From positions 69,688,001 through 69,752,000 of the forward strand of contig CM060733.1 in assembly GCA_030704615.1 (NCBI GenBank): a DNA stretch of 64,000 nucleotides, given 5' to 3'. Positions 49,147-61,149 of the stretch are shown here, piece by piece. Each line of letters opens with the position of its first letter. The stretch's first letter is position 1. The notes below the pieces were generated by a model. The model was not told the origin of the DNA, ran no database searches, and worked only from the letters and a program-made list of their open reading frames with translations. This DNA comes from Takakia lepidozioides. Its lineage: Eukaryota > Plantae > Bryophyta. The translations under genes were made by a program, and so were the position numbers.

Positions 49147-49998
49147 ATGGAGCACATTGTGGAAGAAGACGGGGAGTTTTTGCCTCCCACGCAAACACGC
49201 ATACTACGTGGCCGGACGGTCGTCTCCCAGCAGAGCAGCGAGGGTGGTAGACCTCCAAAAAAGTTAGGGAAACTTCGAAAGAAAACCTCGACATCACGGG
49301 AAGGCGGAATGGTGTCTACAGCGGCCACCCCGTCCATGGACCGCCCTCCTATCTTCCCCATTCTGCAAGCGGTGCCTCGCCAGGTCCAGCAACGAGCGCA
49401 CAGGGAGGAGGACCTATCTCAAATGTTGCAAGTGTGTAGAAGACAGTGCTGGCCAACGTTGTTTTGACTAGCGACATGCGCAAGCAAGCCCTACTGTCAC
49501 GCACTACAAGTGCGATGAACCACACAATGAGCTCTATTTTGTAATTGCTAAGGAATGGGGCTCCAGCAAGAATACCATTATGTAGGATGAAGCCTCTCCC
49601 GGCTGTGCGGATGGCTGAGCGCCCTGGCATCAATAAGCTGAAGTTGTATTTTGAGGCGGACAGGTATAACGATGCACTTGCATCGCTCTTGCTTTCTACC
49701 AATGACGACAGTGGAGAGAGCCAAGACATCCAACAGGGAGATTGGCATGCATGGTCTGTACATTGGTAGGTAGCGGATGCGGCGATTTGATCAAGAAATA
49801 AAGAAACGTCTGGGAATTTTTGTCAAACAAATGGCTGCACATCTACGACGGGAATCATAGGTGGTACGCCTGGATGGAGGTCATCTCCGAGCAGCATCCT
49901 GACGAAGTGAGCTGGCACTACCGGGTGAACGCAAAGATTATGGATGTGAATAATTTGGATTTGGGCCTCATACAACGTGCAACGAATCGTATGAATGT
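49147..49998 (+). pseudogene. ParB/Srx-like gene, copy 2, N-terminal exon(s)
   Basis: IPLCRMKPLPAVR..NKWLHIYDGNHRWYAW (ParB-type DGxHR) ends at a phase-2 donor GT|GTGAGT at 49999. It contains stops and a 4-bp duplication. Confidence 0.7.
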
Positions 49999-50006
49999 GT
50001 GAGTTT

Positions 50007-51478
50007 CTATCCCCATTTCTGCTCACATGAGCATAGGTGTAAGAGCTTAGCATTTTGGGATCTCCAATACATGGGGTTGCAGGTCTTGCATAAGCAGTCC
50101 TTGTGAGGCAAATCCCAAAGAATGCTTTGCCGATTCATCCCATGCTGCTTGGCTGGATCTCCAGCCCCTCCCGGCGTCCCTCCATCCTTAATGAAGTCGT
50201 CGTACTCTTCAGCAAATTCCAAGCTCTCCTGCGGTGTAACGCGTTGTGGTGCCATTCTTCTTTCCACCAGGCGGTTGAAGTGTGTTATGGCGCGTCTATA
50301 TGGATGGTTTCTTGCAAGATATCTTCTATGCCCCATGTACACAGTCTTCCCCAATGCCTTGGAGTATCGGGAATCCACGTTGGGGCCACAAATAGGGAAG
50401 CCCTTGTACCCCTTTGACACACACCCGCAAGAAGAACATAAGCTGGGAAATCATGGATTGACCACACGAGTATGGCGCGTAGTTGGAAGGTCTGCTGGCC
50501 AGCCGGTTTCTTGACGTCGTGTGCTTGTACTCCTTCCTAAGTTGTTGAAGTTCTTCCACCAAGGGCTCGAGGTAGACATCTATGTTGTCGTGCGTCGTTG
50601 ACTCTTTGTCGGGGATCAAGAGAACCAACATTACAAAGAACTTCTTTGTGGCAAGCCACGATGGCAAATTGTATGCCACCAATTGCACCGGCCATGTGGA
50701 CCATGTGCATGACTTGGTGGAGTATGGATTTACTCCATCCAACGACAATCCCAAGTGGACATTCTGTATCCTAACCTAGGTTTTCCTATCATGGCTTTGG
50801 CGAGATAGCATGATTTGGGCAGTTGGTTGGGTTGTGGGAGCAAATTCAAACGAAGGAGAGCAAAAAGCTCGTCTACAAAATTGTTCGAGACACCGTGCGT
50901 GGTACATACATTCATAAGAAGCATGGTTCCAGCAAGCTTCATAGATTTTCATCCTTCGTATAGTGGAAGGCAAGCTTCTTCAAGCACCATGGCATCGGAA
51001 TTGTCAACCCCCCTGCCATTCTCTTGTGCATCCATTCCTTCATTCATTCCAGCTTGGTTGTCTTCTTCCGTGTCAATGCCATTTGTTGCATGCACTCCCC
51101 CTCGGCAGTAGCGTCCATGACCTCAAAGGTTTCTTGTAGCATGCGGTGAATGTCCACATTGGCGTCAATTGCTGGGGGAACTGGAGCCTCGCTACGAAGA
51201 CGTCTCTCAGGACGAAGAAGCGCTTCAGAGTGGCAGTTGAGACTGTCATAGAAAGTAAGCTCGGGACCAACAACATCTCTTGGCTGCTGATTTATAGCAA
51301 CATTTGCCCACTCCTCTTCATCAGGGTCTGGAGTTCCACTTCCAACCCAAACCCGAAATGCCGGAGAGTGTCTATGCCGCAACAAATGAGCCCTCATACC
51401 TTCAATGGTCAATTCTTTGCCTCCAAAACAACTATTGCATGGACATTTCAGCTTCAAAATCCCATATCCCGTAGACAT
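50007..51478 (-). pseudogene. CACTA (En/Spm) Tnp2/TnpD transposase, frameshifted and deleted
   Basis: KCPCNSC..AHLLRH, LLPQPNQLPKS, GLSLDGVNPY..TWPV..YNLP..DVYLEPLVEEL and KGYKGFPIC..YMGHRRYL. Confidence 0.92.
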
Positions 51479-52149
51479 GTTTTTGGATGGACCTGTAAAA
51501 CAGGGGTGTCACAAATAGGGCACATGCCAGACCACTATGAGCTGAAATTCGATCAGGGCTGTCCCAATCCTTATGAGACATCAATGGAATTATGTGGCTC
51601 TACCATATCACAATGCTGCCTATACTGAGAGGTCAAGATTTAGGGGGGTTCGAATTTCATGAAGGGGAATTCAAATTTCAACAATGCGAAGACCACCCTG
51701 TGACATGGGAGATTCTTGCACTGTGACAATTGATGGGAAGTGGAAGAACAGAGGAGAGGATTGGCAAAATTTATACCCACTCTGTCATATGCTTGAAATG
51801 CAAAGCGTTGAGGGATTCCACAGGGATAATTGTGAACGCATTCTTTTACCGTTGTTCTCAAAATTACCAATCACGAATGCACATGCACATACAAACGATG
51901 AATTGGGAGTCACCGCAGCTACAAATTATCAGATGTGGACTCCAAAAGCTTTCTAGGTTCAAAGTGCCAACACTTGAAATGTATGCAAGGACTGTGTAGT
52001 ATTCCTGTTCAAGCATCAACAACATTTTGAAATGGAAGGGTATTATTGACTCACATTACCTGCAAATTCAAAGGCCTTCCTGCATTTCAAGTTCGCTTTC
52101 ATTCACGTGCCTCCACATGAGTCGTGTCCACAACACTCACCGCAACAAT

Positions 52150-52790
52150 GGTGGTGAATGCGGAATCATTATGCCAGTCACAATTGAAGACCACCCCATT
52201 GCATCCTCAAATCTCTTGAAATTGTATGAACTGAACTGTATGCTGAAATCGTGAGCATGAAAAGATTGAGTGTAAATGATAGTTGAACGAGGGGTGAACC
52301 GCGTCCTCAGAAAGGCAGAGCACAGGTCGAGCAACTAAGTGCATGAGGCCAAAGGAATTGTTGGATTTCAATAGACACTTGATTTGAAGTGGTGTGAAAG
52401 GGATACAGTCAATTTCCATAACGAAGTTGGATGGCGGCAGTCCGTTCCGTTCAGACCACTCCATGGCGGCAAGGTTTGCGCGGCCACCATCCCTCCCGCC
52501 ATGGTCAACCTCTGAAATTTCTCCACAACTCCATTGTCCCATTCTGCCTGTCCTCTGTTCCTCTTCTCACGGCAATCCGCTGCATGCCTTACTAGACGCA
52601 TTGGCTGAATGCCAAACCATCAGCTCACTAATGGACTTGCACTTATACATGCGCAAGAGTCGGGGGATGAGGGGAAAATGGCGCAATACCTTTCTTGGTG
52701 CTCGTTGCCGACCCACATTCTTGTACCGTGGCTCTTTGCATTTCGGACACTTTGTGTCGTGAGATTTTGCATGTGGACCCATGTGAATCT
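52150..52790 (-). pseudogene. Additional CACTA transposase fragments
   Basis: CPKCKEPRY..PRKVLRHFPLIPRLLRMY..MVWH. Confidence 0.85.
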
Positions 52791-53588
52791 TGGGCAGCAA
52801 CCTGCAGCCAATGGGTAAAAAAACATGCTATGATAGACTGAAACAAAAAGCCAGCAGAAGAACCTTTAGATGTTCGCATGAATTGGCTTATATTATACTG
52901 ACAGTGAGAAACTAACAGACGGACCACAGGGCAAAGTGGAGTGCATCGCCGCCGGGCGGTGCCAGAATTTGCAGCCTTAGCAAGTTGCACGAAGAGGCTT
53001 TTGCGCACTGGGCGAAAGTACCCACTATTGTACGAGTACACGTGCTGGTACAAAATACTGGGCCTTCCATGTCCACTTGGCTCCTGGGAGATCAGCGACA
53101 CAGGTGACTGACGAGATTAGAATTGTGCACATCACTATTACTCCATAACATAGTGCAACACACTTGGAGGTGCATTGCTCCATTCGCAAGTAACATTATT
53201 GTTCTGTTGTGGCTGCAGGTGTGATTGTGAGGAGTTAAATCGAGCGTACTGCTGGGTTTGTCTACAGTCACCCCAAGGCATTATCCGTCTAGATGGTAGT
53301 ATTTTTTTAAATGTACCTGCCAGAAACAGCCTCGCCCTGAGCTGTTCGACCCTCAATTATGGTACAGAGGTTGCAAGCCGTCGTTGCCATGCACGGTTGA
53401 CACCCTCCATTTTCAATGTAGGCCCAATTTTCAAGGTCACGGTAGTCCAACTGCTAGGTTGTGAAGTTCGACTCCAAGGTGTGCACTGGACTACGATGCA
53501 GTTGTTTTCATGACTCAATAAAGTTGTTTTTCAAAACTTGCTCTAGTCACTCGCCCAACTTTCGTTGGTTTAATTTGAACTTGTAGTG

Positions 53589-56500
53589 ACCCCATATACC
53601 TAAACTCCCCCACGCAGGCTTCCGACAACACCACTGTCCTGCCACCACCTGACAACCAACAACAGTCGCACCCCTCTCCCATTTGGTATCCATCACGGAC
53701 ATGCACCCACCCCCAATATACTCCTACCATACCACATTCTCACTGCTCCACCCCACCACCCTCTCCCCCCACTCACCACAACAACTCCAACGCCTTTATT
53801 ATTGAAGCTATACTGGGTATAAAAACCCAAACCTCTACCGACTCATTTGGGGCGACCTGTATAGACTCATACTACCTATGCAAATGGGCTGGTTTCTCAG
53901 ATGATGACAATACCTGGCAAACTGAGGACGACCTATTTGGTCAACTTGATGACTGTGACCCTGACCACAACCTAGCCCTTCTCACTGCCTTTCACAAACA
54001 TACTAATACCAACTACCTCACACACTTGCACGGACAACATGTATCCCAAACCCAAACCGAAGATAACCGATATATCTCTCATCCGCTACATGCCGACAAC
54101 ATCCTCATTGATATCACTGAATGCAACCCTGACAAAGACATCCTCCATGACCCTCCCACCATATGCGCCGGCCCCCATTGTCCTCTATTTACACTAACAA
54201 CGGTCGCTACCTAGGTCTCGTTCCCAATGATAGGGTTGCTTGGCTGTGGGCCCAGTACTCCTCCCATACCTCCTCCACCCATCAAATACACCCACCTCGT
54301 CAAGGCTTTGTTGTACCAAAATATGCTGGCTCCTAAATAGATACCTCCGTGACACCCCTCCCAAAAAGCCCCGATCTCAAACAAAACTCTCCCAAGCATA
54401 TACCCATAGCGTTATTTCCCAGGACATACTCACCCTCCTCATCACCTCGTTCCACCTAACCCACTCCTATTACTCTAGCCTGCTTACGTGTCCCTTGAAC
54501 ATCCAATCACTCGCCAGCCCCCACCCTGGAGACTGCATTTTTGGTGCCTCTGGCTCAGCTACCCAACACTCATGGTCTGGTCGAGGGTTGGCTCACCCCC
54601 CACCTGGACTTCACACCCAGGAAGCCATGCAATGGGCCCGTTTCGCGGCCCATGTTTCTCCAACATCGATCACTATCCTCATACTCACTCATCAGCAGTC
54701 ACCTGACAACCCACACCCCTTATTACAACTCCCACCGGGTACCACACTTCTAGCCTCCATTGAGCCAGGTCAGCCCCTATACTCAAAGAACCTACCCTTC
54801 CCCAAATATCTCAAACATGATGAACCCACCATTACTCTCTTACTACATATCCAACAAGCATCCGCCCCCCGCCATTCCACATGCACTACACGCCCACCTT
54901 GTTCACACACTCAAGCACACTCACGGCTTAAAGATCACCGCCAACTACCCCCACCTACCTCTTCCCCTACCTGAGCACAGTCCCATTACCCTTGCTCCTA
55001 GCCCATCCAAAGTCAATCTAAGCAAGACTTGGATTAAAGCACCCGCCCACCCCCTCACCTATACCAGCCACCCACCCACCATGTCACCAACGTCTGCCCC
55101 TCAAATACCCTCCGCTTCACTCCTACTATACCGATGGCTCCCACACAGGAACCAATGCCGGGTACGGCGTTTATCACGCCGCCTCGAACCAAGGCGCAGC
55201 CGCCAGACTCCCAGGACCTGCCACGATACTCCGCGCTGAGCTTATGGCCATCTACGTGGCCCTCTCCCAATTACCCTCATTCCCCACTACATCTTCACGA
55301 ACAGCCTCACATCACTTTTTCTTATACGTAACCACCTCTCCTGCCCCTCCTCACACCACCACCGCCCAGACCGTAACCTTATAGCAGCATAGCCAAACTT
55401 GCAATAGGCTTGAGCCAACCCATCCAATTCCTAAAAGTCCACTCGCACACAGGTATTGCCGGCAATGAGGAGGCTGACCTCTTCGCTCAAACTGGCACTT
55501 TCGAGCCCCTTGTTGATCCCACTAATGACCCTATTCATACTGCGCACACCCATTCATTTTGGCTAATACACCCAGTCCCAAACCCCTCAGACCCTAAGCC
55601 TATACGCAACCTCCTCATCACCCTCACCAAGGAGGCCAACCAACAAGCTAGGACATCTCTGAACCACACCAAAATCCACATTAAAAAATGGACACTATCC
55701 ACTATACTCCATCACAAACTCTCCAACTATTTCTGGCACTCCAAAGTGGCGACTGATGCTCAAATCAACAAACGCTTAAATTTCGATACGCTCAATACAT
55801 GGGCCACCAACGCAAACACGTATTCTGGCCACCTCTATTTCCCTCACCAAACTGCCCTCTATGCTCCCACACCCACTAGGTTAGAGACACATGGCCTCAT
55901 CTTCTGAGCCAATGTACCCATCCGGTCATCCATGGCCTCCACATATAACTAGGCAGTCTGGCATATCCACAAACTCCTCATGCAATGCTCCGAAACTCGA
56001 TGGTTCTCACTTGTTAATGCAGGCACCTATCAAGGTAAACCCCCAGACCATACAGTCCCACCATGGCTACGCCCATGCGTGTGCCCGCGCTCTCATTGTA
56101 CCTGCCTCGCCAAACTATGCCCCGATATCCTGCTAGTACACGGCCTGCCCATCAATGCCCAGCCACCCACCTCCCCATCCCCACATATCACCATCCATTT
56201 CGTCGAATTCACATACTGCCACGATCGTTACCCCACCGCCTCCATTTTAGAAAAACGACAAAAGTATGCCCCACGTATCCTTGCTCTCCGTCGCAGGGGT
56301 TGGAACACCGGCCCCCTCTCAGTTATTATGGCCGGTACTCGAGGTGGTATTCACAATGCTAGCATAGCGGCACTACACGATAACTTCCATATCCCAATAT
56401 CCCCTATCCACAAATGCTTTAAGGCAATCCACCTCATTGCCCTTCGCTCTCTCACAGCCATCATTACAAACCAGGCCAGGGGGAACTAGAGTCCAACCAC

Positions 56501-56734
56501 TTCCGGCCTCATAGTCCCCCACAAGACCTTTGATACCCATGCGTACCTACGGGTACCTAGGGTACCCCTCTGGGGTACCCGGTGTATCCCTTGATACCTC
56601 CACCCCCAGGTTCCTGGTGTCCCTTGGACACCCGCATTATTTATAGGGCCCACCCCCGAAAGGGGGGCAGTAGCCGCAAGGCGAAGTGGCTCTTAGTTAC
56701 GCCAGCCCCGGCCGGAGTCTTCTCTCTCTCTCTC
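53589..56734 (+). mobile_element. 5'-truncated non-LTR retrotransposon (chromodomain, MTase-like, RNase H, CCHC, RLE; Dualen/RandI-like) with (CT)n tail
   Basis: TSD TGAACTTGTAGTG at 53576-53588 and 56735-56747. RNase H motifs YYTDGS, RAELMAI and KVHSHTGIAGNEEAD. CPLC..HLLSQC knuckle. RLE motifs PDILLV..FVEFTY..KRQKY. Confidence 0.88.
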
Positions 56735-56781
56735 TGAACTTGTAGTGTGTACTTGGGAACAACTTACCCCCCGTCGTGGGT

Positions 56782-57399
56782 TTATGGATTGCTGACAAGT
56801 GTACTGTAATTCAAATGGACGGTTCGTTGTGTTCGCGTCAAAGGTATGTTCTCATAGCATTGTGTAATGTCAACTACAAAGACATTATGGACTTTTGCAG
56901 GCAGATTTAGTGTGAAGTCAGTGATTGAATCAATAATCCAATACGTGGCAGTAGATACCTTGAAAAACTGCTCATAAGTATCAATCCTTCTTTTTGCCCA
57001 TTCTTTCACCAAGGGTAGAAGGTCCATGGTAGCCCTTGTAAGAAGCCTAGCAAGTTCATTGAAAACACAATGATGGGCATTGGTAATCCATCTGTATTTT
57101 TTCTTATGTAGCTTGTAGATTCCCATGATGTAAGGCAGTCTATAGAAGGGAGCAGGTACCTCAGGAATCAGACTCTGTATTTCCACGGAAATGTTTTCCA
57201 GAACAAGGTCAGGTGATAGCCATACCTCATCTTGCATGCATGGTATAAAGTCTTTACCCATCAATCTGTGGAAGGCTTGAATTCTTATGTGCTTCACACA
57301 CATAAAACATATGTTGTTGTTAGCCTTGTCAAGACCAGAAAAATATAGGTGATTGAGAAGCCACGAAAGTTCATCATTTGCCTCTTTTACAGCATGCAA
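56782..57399 (-). pseudogene. Penelope-like (Naiad/Chlamys-type) RT fragment
   Basis: DKANNNICFMC, LPYIMGIYKLHK..RWIT and VVDITQCYENIP. Confidence 0.7.
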
Positions 57400-58156
57400 A
57401 CCTATTTATTGGCTTAAAATTAATTTAAATTCAATTACATTATGGAATGGCTTGGTGTCGATGGGGAGGCAAATGATTTATTCATCTGTTGTGTCTCCGC
57501 ACATGTGTCGCACACGTGTTCAAGCACATGCGGGCAAAAGAGGGGCTTCAACCACATCCGTTCAATGGGTGCGATAGCCGTGCACGCATTACAGGATTTC
57601 TTTTTCGCAATGAACAAAAACCAGATGACAAATGAACGCCTCATTGGCCCATCGAACGAGTTTCGATTGATATCATATTACACTGGGACCTATCAGAAGG
57701 TACATTGAACACACTGGCCAAGTCTCAAACGTTCATGGTGAGTGAAGTCATATGGAAGCACATTGATGCTACATGGCCAGCATTTGCAAACGATCCCTAT
57801 AAACCCTTCAAGGTTATTATAGTTTAATATTATTTCTCATTTGTTTTTTAGGCCTAAAAACGATATATAAGCTTTACAATCTCATAGATCCAATGGTCTA
57901 ATTTTAAAAATAAGGCGACCGCCAATGTGGGAGAGGGAGTCGGAAGTAGTGCCAGGTGGGAGGGAGTTGTAAGAGAGGAAGGTGACTATTCCTCTTTTGA
58001 GGCCTGCCTTATTACAATAGTTATGGTCTGCGCCGACTATACCATGGAGCCCACAATAAACCCAAAAACCATGTTGAGGTTGAAGGTAGGTCTTTCTGAG
58101 ACGAGTTTCAATAAGGTCCATCCACACATGAAGGCCTCGTTCTGTGCGTTTTGCAG

Positions 58157-59070
58157 CGTTACAGATCGTGGAAATGTGTCGAACGAACTTCCACACAAGC
58201 TATTCTACTTCCAGAAGTGCGCAACTACACCTGTTGAGCAGTACCAATCAGCTCTTCCACCGGACGTCTACGAGAAGTGCTTGAACAAGCGGGATGGGAA
58301 CTGGATGACTATGCCGCGGGATGCCCTCATAGAGTATATGGGTCAGGAGGGATTCCGTAGAATTAGAAACGCCTGCTTGGATGCCCATGCCCACCTGCCT
58401 GCCACCGCTGAGAACACCGAGCTCATCCGGAAGAAAGTTGCTAGCGATTTCCAGGTGCACAGGACGAAGTGGTACACCAAAATTGCCAAATATTCTTCCA
58501 TTTGCGATCCTGCTCTGGGAACTGGCTTTCTTTTTTAGATAACCACGCATTACAAGTCCCTTGCCGTGAATCAGAAGCCGGAAATGACTCTGGAGAAGTT
58601 GCAGATGCTGGCCACGAGCGAGGTCAGCCCGAAGGAGAAGGTTTTATGGTTGAAGCTGTGGAATTCTGACTCCACAACCCGGAAAAATGGGAAATTTCCC
58701 CATGCTCCCACAGATGTGGTGTTCGGCTTGTGGTGCGACAAAATGACATGGTGGTTCAGGTAAGAACCATCCAATACTCCTGGTGGCTTCATATTTCAGT
58801 TATTGTTGCAATCTATCATCTCTAACAATTGACGTGGACTTGCAGCAAAAAGAGGAAGCAGAGCGGCAGTTGGCCATGCTGGTTCAGAAAAGGTTCCTGC
58901 AACTGCCAACCTAGGAAGACGCACCCACGCTCAAGACCCTTTCTGTCTGGGTGGACGATTTCCGCATCAAGTACTGGAAGGAGTTGTTATGGTGCGAGAT
59001 GAAGGATGGGCCTGCCCGAAGTTCGCCGATTACCGAGCAGCCTGGTGGATCTTTACCAGCTCGCAGACTC
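58157..59070 (+). pseudogene. Probable downstream exons of the ParB-like gene copy 2
   Basis: The phase-2 acceptor TTTTGCAG|C at 58157 matches the donor at 49999 and gives RMNV-VTDRGNVSNELPHKLF. A further intron runs from about 58760 to 58845. Confidence 0.55.
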
Positions 59071-60319
59071 GTATACATGTACATTATTGTCATTGCAATT
59101 CCGTGTTGGCTTCGCATATGTCATACAACAAAAGGCGCGTAGGCACTAGCGGGCGAACTAACATCTGTAGCAAATGCACGTTATAGTCGGCAGACATTCC
59201 AATAGTCGGCGGGTCAAAGCACACTAATAGGACCCAAAAAGGAGTCACAATTTATTTTTCAGCGCATATGGCGCATTTGATCCAAATCTATGACATTGAG
59301 TTCAACATGAAACACACAAATCTTATATCATTGGAAAGCCCTTCAAGTGCTTGTTATGCCCATATAAAATTCTTTTTGATTTGACAAGTTTAAGGGTCCT
59401 AAAGTAGTCTTGAATAGCACAAGGTCCAGATGTCTCAAATTGTTGTAGTCCTTAAGGACTCAATTTTCACAAGCATGTGAGGGTCCTCTCAGGATTTATG
59501 CTTATGTAAGGTATGGAGGTATGCAAAAAGGATAGTAGACTTGGAAAACCAGAAAAGCCCATTCTCATAGGAATTTTCTCCTATGCGGTATGCATAAGTT
59601 AGGGGCACCAAACTTTACTACTAATAAACCTAAAAATTTGAGCATAGTTCTTCACCAAAAGTATTTAGCTGCTGAAAAGGGAGGAGGACATGTCCTTGAA
59701 ATGGCTACAAGATCCTTTGATTTTGAATTAGAGGCCCAAAGGAGTTCTTACAAATGAGGTATCCTTCATTGGAAATTCTTTTAAATAGTCAATATATGAG
59801 ATAATTTAAACAAAGGCCAACATCAAGCTCACCTCAGTTTCTACTGCTCATGCATGTCAAGATAATGAGGAACCACCCTTAAGACGCCTTCGAATTAAGA
59901 ACGATCACCACGACGCTCAAAAACCATGAGCCATGTATGTGCTTCTTCCTGAGACCTTAAACTACGCAGACAGCCATAATCAATAATGTTTTCAAAATGC
60001 CACCATCGATCTCTTCATCTCTCCTCCTCCTCGTATGCACTTCCCACAATGATAGAAAAAACTATCGCGCCACCAACGCCGTTTTCGTATTATGGGACCC
60101 TAAACTAACCACATCCAATCGTTTCATCTATGTCAAACATTTTTCATCCGGTTTCACACTGTCTCGCACCTCTCCATTTTTGAGCTTACAGTACTACCTC
60201 GACTTCCGTTTGTCGCCATTATTTTTCCCCTGATCGCTTCTAGGCCGGGTTAAAGTGCGGCAGTCAGATGCGAATGGATTAGTGGCCCAATTTGAGCAGC
60301 TATTTCTGCTTGTTGTACT

Positions 60320-60870
60320 GCGTGGGTAGATGGTCAACTGGAAACAACAGCGGCAACAGTGCAATTGATAGAATAAGGCACTGCTAATGACAGGTGGATT
60401 CTTCAACACACATTTCAGCCTGTTTTTCCCTATTATTAGAGTCGTCCCTAAGTTTTCATGTTGAATTTTGTAAGTTAGGTCGTTGCTGAATTTATGGTGG
60501 TTTCTTCCTTATGTTTACAAGGTTGTTGGGAGAGTCAGCAGTTGATTGGACAACAGTGGTAGCAACGCAATTGATAGAATAAGGCACTGTTGATGAAGGT
60601 TCCTTCTTCAGCACATTTCAGCCTGTTTTTCCCTGTTATCAGAGTCGTCCCTAAGTTTTCATGTTGAATTCTGTAAGTAAGGTCCTTCCTGGATTTATGG
60701 TGGTTTCTTCCTGATGTTTACAAGGTTGTTGGGAGAGTCTTAGCAGGCAGGGTTTCAATCTGTGGGAGGCATGGTCAATTGGAAACAGCAGTGGCAGCAG
60801 CGCAATTGATAGAACAAGGCACAGCTAATCAAGGTAATTTCTTCAACGCATTTCAGCCTATTTTTCCGTG
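60320..60870 (+). repeat. Three copies of the PDF-motif tail exon/intron fragment
   Basis: CAACTGGAAACA..GCAATTGATAGAA.AAGGCAC..CATTTCAGCCT recurs three times and is homologous to 41745-41900 and 42885-42955. Confidence 0.75.
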
Positions 60871-61149
60871 GCTGTCATTGGGATTGCAGCCCTGGCAGCT
60901 AATTCTGTGTCTAAGTAGCATAGACAAGGCAGTCGATTCGACTCTTGCCAATGATTTACGGCTTCAGCTGTTGCATGTGGATAGTGGGAGGGCAGAGGAG
61001 GTAGTTGACGCTGTTATGGACTTCTGGGCCTTGTGCGACACACCTTACTACCTAGGGCCCAGGGATATGCCCGTCATTGAGAGAAATGGAAGCTGTTTCA
61101 GCAACCTTTTGGATGTGCCGGTAATATGGCGAGCAAAAACTTTTTGGGT

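Noticed and set aside
56646-56720. Hammerhead or HDV ribozyme
   Set aside because: I saw no CUGAnGA core and no nested double pseudoknot. It is kept only as an unclassified structured RNA.
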